The translations under genes and the position numbers were made by a program. From NCBI GenBank assembly GCA_965215265.1, contig OZ244048.1:1408001-1472000 (forward strand): a stretch of 64,000 bases of DNA, given 5' to 3'. This DNA is from Candidatus Poribacteria bacterium. Its GTDB lineage: Bacteria > Poribacteria > WGA-4E > WGA-3G. The notes beneath the pieces were generated by a model. It had not been told where the DNA came from. It made no database searches and was given only the letters and a program-made list of their open reading frames with translations. Below are positions 51,901 to 62,222 of this stretch, piece by piece. Each line of letters begins with the position of its first letter. Position 1 is the stretch's first letter.

Positions 51901-53824
51901 CGTGTGAGCGGAGGGCGCGGAGAATCTTCCACACTGCGGCGAACCGGTTATTGTCGTTGAGAATATTGGCCGGATCTGCGCCTGCGGGTATTGCCACCGG
52001 CAGGATGATGTAGCCGTACTGCTTGCCGGGCGCTTTACGCATCACACGGCCGACTGCTTGCACGATGTCCACGTGCGAGTTCCTCGGGGCCATGAAGAGC
52101 ACTGCGTCGAGGGCGGGGACATCGATGCCTTCGGTGAGACACCGTGCATTTGAGAGAATACGGCAAACCCCGTCAGAATCACCCTTTAACCACTCAATCC
52201 GTTTTTTGCGGGCGAGCGCATTATCTTTTCCATCCACGTGCTCGGTTTCGCACTTAAAGTTGTGCGGGCGGTGCGCGTCCGGCATTCGTTCTATAGCACT
52301 CTCTATAACCCCGTCCCAATGTTTCACAAGGTTCTTTGACGCGGCGATGGTGTTGGTGAAGGCGATGGCACGGGTTAGCGGTTTGATTGCCGCATCGTCA
52401 GGGGTTTTTCTTTCCGGGTTTTGGAGGGCACGCCAGCAGCCTACAATCTTCGTCGCGTCGTTAATGTTAAGGGCGCTGCCACCGGATGTGCGGTATGTCT
52501 GCAGCGCTGCATCCGCATTAGGTTCGTATATGGAAAGCACGACAACCTTGTAGTCAGAGAGCAGATCTTGTTCGACGGCTCTAGAGAAGGGCAGGTAATG
52601 GAATGCTTCGCCGTAGGTGTCCGCATCGTCCATAGAGAACACTTCAATATCATGGCGTGCGGCTTTTGCCTTCGCGCTTTCGGTATAGAGGCGTGAGGTA
52701 GCCGTCATGTAGAGGCGCTTCTTGGCATGGATTCGGGCGTTGTCGTGTACCAGTATAAAGTGAGAAGTGTCTTCATCTGAGGCTGCGATGCCTGTGGTTC
52801 GGTGTGCTTCGTCGCAAAGGACGATATCAAACGGCGGGGCGGCTGCCGCTTGTGCTTGTTCGACGATGGGGAGTGAATGGTAGGTGCAGAACACGACTTT
52901 CATAGTGTCTGTGTCTCTTTTCTGAAGCGCTTCAGAAATCACATCGGGCGCTGTCGTCACAGGTATTTCCAGCTCTAGGATGGATGCATCCTCGGTGGTT
53001 TTCCCGGCTCGGGTATCGGAACAGATACCGATGTAGCGGTGCGGGATGGCCTGTTGTTCTGCCCATTCTCGCATCGCTTGTGAAAAGAGCCCGATGGAGG
53101 GCACGAGGTATAGCACCCTGCCACCGACACCGGCGATAGCCTCGGCAATGCGGAGCGCCGTGAACGTTTTGCCGGTGCCGCACGCCATCAGGAGTTTGCC
53201 ACGGTCGGAATGTTTGAAGCCGTTGATAACGTCATCAACCGCTTCTTTTTGATGCGGGCGGAGGCTGAACTTTTCTGGTTGAGAGTCGAGTTGTTCGGGC
53301 GCTTGCTCGGCGAGGTCGGGCCAGTTGACGGGGCGGCTGGCGAGTTCGGCGGCACTGAGGCGTTGGCAGGGCGGTTGCAAGCCGTCGAGAGTCCTATAGA
53401 CGTTCGCACTCCAGCTGTCGCTGGTGTCAACGAACAGGCGCGCGGTGAAGGGCGCACGACCGGATGCCGAGATAAAGGTGTCCACATCTTGTTTTCTGAT
53501 ACGTGTGTTTTCAGCGTAACATTTGCACTGGATTGCGCAGTAGCCGCCTTCGCGTTCTTCCGCTACCAGGTCGATGCCGATATCCACCCCATCGAACTCT
53601 GGGCGAAGCGCTGCCCATTCAGCCCAGAGATACACATCGGAAAACCGATTTTTATAGAAGGCATCTTCAAGCAGATAGCGCCGGATTAAACGCTCGAAAA
53701 GTCTGCCGACTCCGTATTGGGTATTCGCATTTTCGCGAATGTAGTGGAGGGCGGTGTAGAAGCCGTTATCTTTTTGTTCGGTTCCGCTTTGTAAGTCTAA
53801 GTAGATTTGTGTGGTTTCTGACAT
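48986..53824 (-). CDS. Type ISP (single-polypeptide, LlaGI/LlaBIII-like) restriction-modification enzyme
   Basis: N-terminal Mrr-like GIDLVA..IQCK; SF2 MACGTGKT, DEAH, QAVGRVMR; MTase DAFTGTG and GNPPW; C-terminal recognition region; 1612 aa. Confidence 0.9.
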   Translation of the reverse strand: MSETTQIYLDLQSGTEQKDNGFYTALHYIRENANTQYGVGRLFERLIRRYLLEDAFYKNRFSDVYLWAEWAALRPEFDGVDIGIDLVAEEREGGYCAIQCKCYAENTRIRKQDVDTFISASGRAPFTARLFVDTSDSWSANVYRTLDGLQPPCQRLSAAELASRPVNWPDLAEQAPEQLDSQPEKFSLRPHQKEAVDDVINGFKHSDRGKLLMACGTGKTFTALRIAEAIAGVGGRVLYLVPSIGLFSQAMREWAEQQAIPHRYIGICSDTRAGKTTEDASILELEIPVTTAPDVISEALQKRDTDTMKVVFCTYHSLPIVEQAQAAAAPPFDIVLCDEAHRTTGIAASDEDTSHFILVHDNARIHAKKRLYMTATSRLYTESAKAKAARHDIEVFSMDDADTYGEAFHYLPFSRAVEQDLLSDYKVVVLSIYEPNADAALQTYRTSGGSALNINDATKIVGCWRALQNPERKTPDDAAIKPLTRAIAFTNTIAASKNLVKHWDGVIESAIERMPDAHRPHNFKCETEHVDGKDNALARKKRIEWLKGDSDGVCRILSNARCLTEGIDVPALDAVLFMAPRNSHVDIVQAVGRVMRKAPGKQYGYIILPVAIPAGADPANILNDNNRFAAVWKILRALRSHDDRLNAEINRIDLNNTPTPRIIFTGYNLDGDGTDTPAALNAQQLFLPLEIPADAICAKIVENCGDRKYWESWAKDVADIFLRVTARIEGLLNTLENEALREWFDAFHTELQSSINASITQSNAIEMMAQHILTRPVFEALFEHYDFAAGNPVAIALNSLQSDFAEFGLEDETRDLARFYESVQLRARGIDNSEGKQRVLLELYEKFFATALEKDAQRLGIVYTPIEVVDFILHSAEEVLRDEFGRCLSDEGVHLLDAFTGTGIFPVRLLQSGLIHPDDVGRKFREELHANEIVLLAYYIAAVNIEEAFRGRHGEDSAYEPFKGIVLTDTFNLNKEEAPTLFPKEWLPDNNERAERQQKLPIQVIVGNPPWSVGQRSAADDNPNIDYPELENRVRETYVESSTVTNTRHLYDTYKMAIRWGSDRIKKEGIIAFVTNGSWIDGNADAGIRACFAEEFSSIHVLNLRGNQRTQGERSRREGGKVFGQGSRAPVAITILVKNPNASHDGCRIHYRDIGDYLTREEKLDALREAGSIKGFNDWQTITPNAHHDWIEQRSEAFSKFYPLGTKQAKAGKADDAIFRLYSMGLATGRDAYLYNFSREACAENARQMTQDYLAALSKLEENPELTIAEVVNRYATNIKWNIDLENDLRRRRKTAFNESYIQKVVYRPFIATNCYTDYTFIQRRYQMHKIFPDSSSENRVICVPGIGTKTPFSVLMTDTMPDLGLNSGSQCFPRWQYPKPSDKSDAAGSFLRADDSPKRIDNISDTALHAFRNHYSDKSITKDDIFDYVYGLLHAPCYREQFANDLSKMLPRIPFAPDFHAFAEAGSRLAELHLSYETGERIPLELIFAQQGVPQPQHFRLGTRAMRFADKPQKTTLMLNEHVQLTGIPEEAHRYLVNGRTPLEWFIDRYRIKQDKESGIINDANGWFEHPRDLITAIERIVYISVQSTRIIERLPHQVMPESDDESGQPS

Positions 53825-54292
53825 ATTAGTTCTTTTCAGCTCCTTTGCGAACGGGGATGTAGGGTCTTCGGAAGGATTGTTGTTGTGGTGCTTGGCGTGT
53901 CAGGGTGCCGTTCTGGAGGTGAGGGATATCTGGAATCAGCGGCGGCGGCGCTAGTGGCAGCGCTGCGAGCAGAAAAAAAGCCTGCCCTGTGCTTGAGGGT
54001 GCCAGTGGGCAGGCGTGCAGTCGAGTGAAAGTGAAGTTGAGGCGAGCTGGTGATGCGCGAGAACTTAACAGATATAAGGGGGGGGGTAAATCGTTCTTTT
54101 TGCTGACGGACCCGGCAGATGGCAGTTATCGGCGGCAGCCGCAATGTGCGTGAATCTCGATTGAGTGCTTGCGTGCAACGGCAGCGCGGTATTGAGAGAG
54201 AGGACAGATTTTACTGAAGTGCTAAGAGTTATATGCATGAGCGTTATGGTTACCCTCGAGGTTGGAAACCCTTACCTGCCGAGGCAGGGCGT

Positions 54293-54407
54293 GTTTCCTA
54301 ACTTGCGAGTTGAGAGGCTTTTGATTTCAAGATTGTACTACATTTTATCAATAATGTCAAGTTAAAAATTGTTTCAATCTCGTTATCGAGAGGCTTTTGA
54401 TTTCAAG
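54293..54407 (-). CRISPR. Degenerate repeat-spacer-repeat unit detached from the main array
   Basis: Repeat 54371-54407 has 3 mismatches to consensus. Repeat 54293-54331 keeps 20 nt of it plus a GAAAC end. The spacer is 39 nt. Confidence 0.7.
54332..54360 (-). promoter_or_regulatory. Consensus sigma70 promoter inside the terminal spacer
   Basis: Minus strand TTGACA-ttattgataaaatgtag (17 nt)-TACAAT. Confidence 0.65.
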
Positions 54408-54594
54408 TTCTGAATAGGAACAGAACGTGTACCGAGATAAGCAAATTGCTTTGCTTGGCATCTAAAAGCTTATCGGCGGCTAACTCTCCTGCGTTCTCAC
54501 GGTTGACATGGTTGTTGTCATAGTGATGTGCCAGTTTTCCATCCATTCCTATATGCACCGCCACAATATGCCCATCTTCTGTCATATCACTCAT
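54403..54594 (-). CDS. Short ORF, probably truncated; stop codon supplied by the CRISPR repeat
   Basis: AAGGAG-N8-ATG overlapping the end of the upstream gene; TGA lies inside repeat 54371-54407. Confidence 0.45.
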   Translation of the reverse strand: MSDMTEDGHIVAVHIGMDGKLAHHYDNNHVNRENAGELAADKLLDAKQSNLLISVHVLFLFRT

Positions 54595-55210
54595 CTATTT
54601 TACTCCTTAAGTTTTTGTCATCCCACTCCATAGGGGTAAGGCGTTTGAGTAGCCATGCCGCACACCATGCTTTAGAGTTGGTCGGATGATGAACATCTGC
54701 ATTTTCTAAAAGATATGCACGTTCGTCGTCCGTGAGCTGGAGTGCTTCATAGATAGGTAGCCCTGTAATGTTTTCAATCGCTTCTAAATGCATCAGGTTG
54801 ATAGGGTAATAATCATCTACCCTGTTTGCCTTCTTAGAAAGATCTAATCCGTCTCCGCCGTATAGCCCGCGAAGTGTCAGCATTTGCTTCCGCAATGCAG
54901 GGATGGCTTGATGGAGTTTTAGGTAATCGGCTAATTGAATCGCTATCTGGGACCCTTCCGAAATGCGTCGGCAGATGTCGGACGCAATCCAACGCCTGTT
55001 TCTCATCAGCCACTGTAGTTGTTCGGCCGTAAAGGAAATCCCTAACGGGGTGAAATAGTCATCATGCAGTTCATCAAAAAAAACGGCTCCTATATCGTCT
55101 CTAAGCCCAACCGATAGTGGTTCAGGCGTGGGTGGTGCCTGCCCGGAAGGGAGTGCACAAGAAAAAATGAACGGCAGGAACAAGAAGAGGAGATGTCGTT
55201 TTTTTTTCAT
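54587..55210 (-). CDS. Hypothetical lipoprotein located between CRISPR repeats
   Basis: 207 aa; AAGGAG RBS; MKKKRH, hydrophobic stretch, then IFSC lipobox-like motif. Confidence 0.7.
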   Translation of the reverse strand: MKKKRHLLFLFLPFIFSCALPSGQAPPTPEPLSVGLRDDIGAVFFDELHDDYFTPLGISFTAEQLQWLMRNRRWIASDICRRISEGSQIAIQLADYLKLHQAIPALRKQMLTLRGLYGGDGLDLSKKANRVDDYYPINLMHLEAIENITGLPIYEALQLTDDERAYLLENADVHHPTNSKAWCAAWLLKRLTPMEWDDKNLRSKIDE

Positions 55211-55249
55211 AGGATGCTCCTTTTAATTTTAGCATGCTCGCGTCCCTCA

Positions 55250-58200
55250 ATGCCAATATCGTTATCGAGAGGCTTTTCATTTCAGGCGAGCAGTAAAGAC
55301 ACCATACGGATTAACCGGTGCATCGTTTCAATCTCGTTATCGAGTGGCTTTTCATTTCAGTTCAGCACGTTCCTCTTTACACACACCACATTTACGTTTC
55401 AATCTCGTTATCGAGTGGCTTTTCATTTCAGGTTTTGTGCATTGTATGCATGAATTGACTCTTCGACAGTGTTTCAATCTCGTTATCGAGTGGCTTTTCA
55501 TTTCAGGCTCATGATAATCCTCCTATCATGCCGCGGGCCTTGTCTGCAGTTTCAATCTCGTTATCGAGTGGCTTTTCATTTCAGGTAATTCTAAAGGAGA
55601 ATTATTATGACGTTCTATGTGTTTCAATCTCGTTATCGAGTGGCTTTTCATTTCAGGCTGGACAGCAACCGTGGAAGGTGTCGCCAACACGACACTAGTT
55701 TCAATCTCGTTATCGAGTGGCTTTTCATTTCAGGGCGGTTTTTCATAACCGCCGGCACCTATTATTGACTGTTTCAATCTCGTTATCGAGTGGCTTTTCA
55801 TTTCAGGTGCGGTATTCAAAGTCTTCTGGAGTTAAGATACGTGTGTTTCAATCTCGTTATCGAGTGGCTTTTCATTTCAGGGCTAATAATTTCGTAATCG
55901 GGGGGTTGCGTGGTCGGCTTCGTTTCAATCTCGTTATCGAGTGGCTTTTCATTTCAGGGAAATCCGTCCGGGTGTATATCAAGCATCATATGAGTTTCAA
56001 TCTCGTTATCGAGTGGCTTTTCATTTCAGGTGAAAAAATTGCAGAGATTATGAAAATGAATCGCTTAAGTTTCAATCTCGTTATCGAGTGGCTTTTCATT
56101 TCAGGTTCCATAAATGCTTATGACCCTCTCTTTTCCGAATTAAGATTGTTTCAATCTCGTTATCGAGTGGCTTTTCATTTCAGGGTCAAATTCGCTTTTA
56201 TGCTTAAATAAGTGTGATAAAGTTTCAATCTCGTTATCGAGTGGCTTTTCATTTCAGGAACAGAGTATAAGTCCCTTGGCTGCATCGCCACGATGTTTCA
56301 ATCTCGTTATCGAGTGGCTTTTCATTTCAGGGCAAAAAGGCAGTTGTGCTGCGATTTGCTTGAAGCTGGGTTTCAATCTCGTTATCGAGTGGCTTTTCAT
56401 TTCAGGCTGGTGATTCTCAACGAATTTGATGTCTTCCAATAGGTTTCAATCTCGTTATCGAGTGGCTTTTCATTTCAGGAATTCAAATCTCGCTACATTG
56501 TATCATTGCGTCATGTTTCAATCTCGTTATCGAGTGGCTTTTCATTTCAGGGCCGGACTGTTTTCAAATACATTTTCATTGACAGAGTTTCAATCTCGTT
56601 ATCGAGTGGCTTTTCATTTCAGGTCTATTGGGCGGATGCTGACAATTTTATCATTCATGTTTCAATCTCGTTATCGAGTGGCTTTTCATTTCAGGAGATG
56701 GACATGAACGTGAACATCAACGCACTTTTAGAAAGTTTCAATCTCGTTATCGAGTGGCTTTTCATTTCAGGAACCTTGTTTTGAAAAGAGAAAGGGGGGT
56801 ATGATTTCATGTTTCAATCTCGTTATCGAGTGGCTTTTCATTTCAGGATTGAGAATGAAAGTGTATTTTTCATTAAGTTTAGTGAGTTTCAATCTCGTTA
56901 TCGAGTGGCTTTTCATTTCAGGAGAAAATACGAGATTCAAAATTCACTAACAAAACTGTTTCAATCTCGTTATCGAGTGGCTTTTCATTTCAGGTAAATG
57001 TCTCGAAGATTACCATGTCTGTCAAAAGAGTCAGGTTTCAATCTCGTTATCGAGTGGCTTTTCATTTCAGGTACAAACCTCGCAGACAGACATCTGCTGA
57101 AAGTATTAGGTTTCAATCTCGTTATCGAGTGGCTTTTCATTTCAGGCTATGCGGTTGGACAATCTGTCAGTAGCATGCATACAGAGGGTTTCAATCTCGT
57201 TATCGAGTGGCTTTTCATTTCAGGTTCCAGTTCGGGGGTGCTGACGGCAGACATTGAATTCGGGGCGTTTCAATCTCGTTATCGAGTGGCTTTTCATTTC
57301 AGGTTTTTTTAGCCTCAGTCTCCTCGCCCAAGCCACTCGCAGTTTCAATCTCGTTATCGAGTGGCTTTTCATTTCAGGGTCTGGCACGGGGTGGGTGGAA
57401 AATTCTTCTTATGACAGTTTCAATCTCGTTATCGAGTGGCTTTTCATTTCAGGTGATAAACCAATATGGTAGCCTCGCCCCAATTGCCCCCGTTTCAATC
57501 TCGTTATCGAGTGGCTTTTCATTTCAGGTTTTTCGCGGCAACGGCACGCTCTAGTGTCAGTGTGTTTCAATCTCGTTATCGAGTGGCTTTTCATTTCAGG
57601 ACAAGGGCAAGGTGGGCATACATGCTGGCGGTGAGTTTCAATCTCGTTATCGAGTGGCTTTTCATTTCAGGTGTACGCACAACCAAGACAGAAGAAGACA
57701 ACTACTACAACGTTTCAATCTCGTTATCGAGTGGCTTTTCATTTCAGGGTACGCTCTATGCAGTCTTTTGTGGAGGAGGTTAAACGTTTCAATCTCGTTA
57801 TCGAGTGGCTTTTCATTTCAGGTTCAACCCATAATCAACCAAGCATGCTGCAGCAAGTTGCTGCGTTTCAATCTCGTTATCGAGTGGCTTTTCATTTCAG
57901 GGTAGGTGCGAATTACGTTGAGACAGGTTTGGCTTATCTTGCGTTTCAATCTCGTTATCGAGTGGCTTTTCATTTCAGGATACGTCAGCGTCTCTATTGA
58001 ATGATTGACTGTGTCGTGTTTCAATCTCGTTATCGAGTGGCTTTTCATTTCAGGGGAAATGCGGCGGCGGTTGCATGAAGAGCAACTGGCATATGTTTCA
58101 ATCTCGTTATCGAGTGGCTTTTCATTTCAGGATAAATTTGACTTTTACGACAAAAGGTGGTATAATTATGTTTCAATCTCGTTATCGAGTGGCTTTTCAT

Positions 58201-60072
58201 TTCAGGTCTATTTTACTGCAGGCTTCATCTCTGTTTAATCGTATGTTTCAATCTCGTTATCGAGTGGCTTTTCATTTCAGGCAGGGTTGAAGTGCATCAA
58301 GGACGAATTCGAAACACTTGTTTCAATCTCGTTATCGAGTGGCTTTTCATTTCAGGCACCGATTCATATCCCCCCCAGAATCCACAGACGTAGCGTTTCA
58401 ATCTCGTTATCGAGTGGCTTTTCATTTCAGGAGATTTCAGAAAAGATATTAGATGCCGCCGTCATAGCTGTTTCAATCTCGTTATCGAGTGGCTTTTCAT
58501 TTCAGGTTTGATTTTGAATTAGAGAACAAACCTGAGGACATGGTTTCAATCTCGTTATCGAGTGGCTTTTCATTTCAGGATTTTAGACGGCGCAGTGTCA
58601 GACGCGCTTAGCAGTGTTTCAATCTCGTTATCGAGTGGCTTTTCATTTCAGGCATGATTCATGCACAAATGCTAGAAAACACAGTGAGTTTCAATCTCGT
58701 TATCGAGTGGCTTTTCATTTCAGGCGGCGGCGTTATCCTCATTGGACTTTTACACTCAGTTAGTTTCAATCTCGTTATCGAGTGGCTTTTCATTTCAGGG
58801 CTCAGTTCGGTTTTCATACGCGAAACAGGTATCGGGTTTCAATCTCGTTATCGAGTGGCTTTTCATTTCAGGCAACTTGCATTTTTCTATAAAATGCCTT
58901 CTGTTATAATTAGTTTCAATCTCGTTATCGAGTGGCTTTTCATTTCAGGCCATCTCTACCATCATGGCGGTATATTTTTCGAGATGAGTTTCAATCTCGT
59001 TATCGAGTGGCTTTTCATTTCAGGACAACGTGTCTTTGAAAACACCGTCCGTGCCACTGAATCCAGGTTTCAATCTCGTTATCGAGTGGCTTTTCATTTC
59101 AGGTACCATGTTTTTTGTTTACCTTTTTTCTAATGTATTATGTTTCAATCTCGTTATCGAGTGGCTTTTCATTTCAGGGGCCAGCGGCAGGATTGACATT
59201 GGGGGTTGGTTATTCATGTTTCAATCTCGTTATCGAGTGGCTTTTCATTTCAGGTTGATTTTATGTTGGTGGACAACGTCATTGTTATTGTTTCAATCTC
59301 GTTATCGAGTGGCTTTTCATTTCAGGTCCATGACGTAGGTGGTGCTGCGGGGTGTTCTGTCTTGTTTCAATCTCGTTATCGAGTGGCTTTTCATTTCAGG
59401 TCCCTTGGTGCCGTCCGGTGTTGGGCGGCACCTCGGGTTTCAATCTCGTTATCGAGTGGCTTTTCATTTCAGGTCTGTTAACGTCTGCCAGTCGTACAAA
59501 AACCTTTGACAAGTTTCAATCTCGTTATCGAGTGGCTTTTCATTTCAGGCCATTGCTTAACACCTCCAACATAGTTCTTTCTGTAATGTTTCAATCTCGT
59601 TATCGAGTGGCTTTTCATTTCAGGCTCGAAACGCTTTAGAAAGCGAATTTGACGCTAATTTGTTTCAATCTCGTTATCGAGTGGCTTTTCATTTCAGGTA
59701 TCTACAAGCACACAACCTGGACAAACAAGTGCAACGACGTTTCAATCTCGTTATCGAGTGGCTTTTCATTTCAGTTACAGGCCGCCATTGAGGCAGTTGC
59801 TTACAAGCAAGTTTCAATCTCGTTATCGAGTGGCTTTTCATTTCAGGCAGTGAAAGAATTGAAAACAGTCCGTAGAAGTCTGAAGTTTCAATCTCGTTAT
59901 CGAGTGGCTTTTCATTTCAGGTTCTAAAATTTCGGGAGGTACATGAATATTATCATAACCGTTTCAATCTCGTTATCGAGTGGCTTTTCATTTCAGGTAT
60001 TCAGACGCTTCTCTACCTCAAGCCCCTCAGAAGTCGTTTCAATCTCGTTATCGAGTGGCTTTTCATTTCAGG
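55250..60072 (-). CRISPR. CRISPR array: 64 canonical 37-bp repeats plus one degenerate trailer repeat
   Basis: Plus-strand repeat GTTTCAATCTCGTTATCGAGTGGCTTTTCATTTCAGG (minus strand ends ATTGAAAC). Counted by hand from 55325 to 60036; spacers about 34-42 nt; degenerate copy at 55250. Confidence 0.98.
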
Positions 60073-60298
60073 TCCGCCCGCCGGAGCTCACACTACGTCT
60101 TATTGCAATCGCAACATTTCTGTCAGTGTCTAATTTTGAAGTGATTGCACGCACTACTGTCACACATGGGTGCGTCATAAAGTAGATAGACATAAGACTC
60201 CAGCCACTTTCTGCCAGGGTGCAGGAAATTTTGGTCTCCTTCCGCTGACAGATTTTCTCCTTAGACTCTATTTTACACTATATATGATAATTTGTCAA
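60073..60298 (-). promoter_or_regulatory. CRISPR leader with putative promoter
   Basis: Between cas2 and the first repeat; minus strand TTGACA-N17-TAAAAT at 60298-60270, overlapping the cas2 3' end. Confidence 0.7.
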
Positions 60299-60545
60299 GG
60301 CCTTTTTTCACGCCGATCCGTTTTATCTGTTTTTCACAAGTTGTACAGAGATGATAAAACGTGAGGCTATCTTCTGTGGTGTCGATTGTGTTCTGCAGAC
60401 GGTGTTGTAGACGTAGGAAAGCACGGCGATCGGTGTTGCATTCAAAGACACTGTATTGGATGCGGGTGCCGAAATCCTGAAGGATTTTGGCGACGCGAAT
60501 CCGGCGGTTGTTATCGGTAATATCATAGGCGACAGTATAATGCAT
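60273..60545 (-). CDS. cas2: CRISPR-associated endonuclease Cas2
   Basis: YTVAYDI, FGTRIQYSVFEC; GGAGG RBS. Confidence 0.95.
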   Translation of the reverse strand: MHYTVAYDITDNNRRIRVAKILQDFGTRIQYSVFECNTDRRAFLRLQHRLQNTIDTTEDSLTFYHLCTTCEKQIKRIGVKKGLDKLSYIV

Positions 60546-60590
60546 GTGTGTTACCTCCATAGGCATTGCGGATTTAATCATTAGATTGGT

Positions 60591-62222
60591 TCACCGCGTG
60601 GTGAGTGGGGTATAGTCAGATATTTCACCTGTTAGGTATTTCGCTAGCAAGCGGACTTGTAATTCCATAGCGCGCCGAAAAGTGAGTTTATATTTGAATG
60701 CCGGATGGGTAATGGTCTCGTTTTTCCGGGTTTCATAAGCTGCGTAAAAAGTTTTCCGTGCACGTTCTTTGAGATACCAGCCTCCGTGTGCTTGTGTAAA
60801 GTCGTTTGGCGTGATCTGCTTGGTATTTATCAGTGTGATGACAACAGAGTCTGCGATAATCGGACGAAATTCTTCCATGAGGTCTAGCGCGAGACACGGT
60901 TTTCCGTATTTCAATTGGTGAAAGAAACCGATGTAGGGGTCTAGTCCAACGATCTGAATTGCAGACATCACATCTGCTGTTAGTAGCGAGTAGGCGAAGC
61001 TCAACAAAGCGTTGGTAGGATCAGCAGGAGGTCTGCGGCTCCGGTGTTGGAAATCGAACCCGAGTTCGGATTTGAGCATAAAGGGGAAGGATCGGAAGTA
61101 CGCGGCGGTGGCATTGCCTTCAATACCAAGGAGCTGCGTCAGATTTAGAGCATTCGCAACCCGTTTTTGCATGAGCTTGATTGATTTTATGCTTTCCAGC
61201 AAAGGGGCCAGGTCTGTTTCGATTTTGTTTCGCCATTTGCGTCGTTGGAGCATCAGTCGCATGTTTGCCAGCTTACCGTGAATGAAGGCTTTAGCAAGCG
61301 TTAACGCGTGTTCATTTATATTCGCGATTCTGTATTGTGCGGAGCGCAGAAGTGAATTCCGTGAGACTTGTGGTGTCAATGCGCCGTGATAACGCCCGTA
61401 TTTTGAGAGGAAGACCACGGGGATGCCATCGTGCAAAAGTGTCTGCATTGCGGGTGTAGTCAAATTGACGTTTCCGGCGATGACGACTTGTCCGAGATGA
61501 ATGAGTGGGATATCGCGTAGGACCTGGTTCTCTCGTGTGACGAGTATGCGTTGTCCGGTCTTTTTTATGGCGCATCCTTGTTCGTCAACGTAGAGGACGT
61601 TGTCAATGCCGAGTGCGGGTTTTATCCGCTTCGGGCGTTCATCCAATTTCTGTAGATAGGCGACCTCATCTGGCAGGCAAATAGGGCGTATGCTACAGCC
61701 GTTGCATCGGTTATCGTGAATCGGTTTTGGAATCTGCCTGGATTGAAGGAGAGCACGTGCCTGTGTGAGATATTGATGTGTTGTCTGGCGCAGTTCTGCA
61801 TCAAAGGGGACCTTGCGCCGCCGTTTGGAACCGATATAAAAGATGTAGCCGTGCGGGATGGATAGCCCGGTTTTTTCCTCCAAGAGTAGTCCCTGTAAGC
61901 AGAGTTGAACCTGATCGTTGATCCAATTTCCGATTCCTGCTTTTTTGAATTCAATTGGATAAGGGATTCCGTCTTTTTCCTCTACGAGATCTGTGTAACC
62001 GGAGACACCGAGTGCTTCTGAGGCGAGGTAAAGTCGTCGCGAGATGGTTTTATCGCCTTTACGGCGTGCGTGTACCTCTGTGTGGACATTCTCATGCTTA
62101 ATTGTGCCTTCTTCTATGTGGTGGTTGATGACTTGATGTCCTTCAATTGATTCATAATAGAATCGCCGTGGACAAAAAACGTAGGTGTTTATTTGTGAGA
62201 GTGGAATGTAGGTTTCAGACAT
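60591..62222 (-). CDS. cas1: Cas4-Cas1 fusion
   Basis: N-terminal Cas4 (FCPRR, IEFK, CNGCSIRPIC) fused to Cas1 (LLGIEG, NALLSFAY, LALDLMEEFRP). Confidence 0.95.
   Translation of the reverse strand: MSETYIPLSQINTYVFCPRRFYYESIEGHQVINHHIEEGTIKHENVHTEVHARRKGDKTISRRLYLASEALGVSGYTDLVEEKDGIPYPIEFKKAGIGNWINDQVQLCLQGLLLEEKTGLSIPHGYIFYIGSKRRRKVPFDAELRQTTHQYLTQARALLQSRQIPKPIHDNRCNGCSIRPICLPDEVAYLQKLDERPKRIKPALGIDNVLYVDEQGCAIKKTGQRILVTRENQVLRDIPLIHLGQVVIAGNVNLTTPAMQTLLHDGIPVVFLSKYGRYHGALTPQVSRNSLLRSAQYRIANINEHALTLAKAFIHGKLANMRLMLQRRKWRNKIETDLAPLLESIKSIKLMQKRVANALNLTQLLGIEGNATAAYFRSFPFMLKSELGFDFQHRSRRPPADPTNALLSFAYSLLTADVMSAIQIVGLDPYIGFFHQLKYGKPCLALDLMEEFRPIIADSVVITLINTKQITPNDFTQAHGGWYLKERARKTFYAAYETRKNETITHPAFKYKLTFRRAMELQVRLLAKYLTGEISDYTPLTTR

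Noticed and set aside
53836-54365. Short ORFs upstream of the type ISP gene
   Set aside because: Low-complexity translations with no RBS or motifs.
54332-54370. Terminal spacer targeting the CRISPR leader promoter (60270-60298)
   Set aside because: Similarity is confined mostly to the -35 and -10 hexamers, which is generic promoter resemblance.
55287-60035. Self-targeting or duplicated spacers
   Set aside because: None found by eye apart from short RBS-like resemblances; an alignment search is needed to exclude them.
55193-60185. Many ORFs in the CRISPR array
   Set aside because: Artefacts of translating repeats (FQSRYRVAFHFR, FNLVIEWLFISG).
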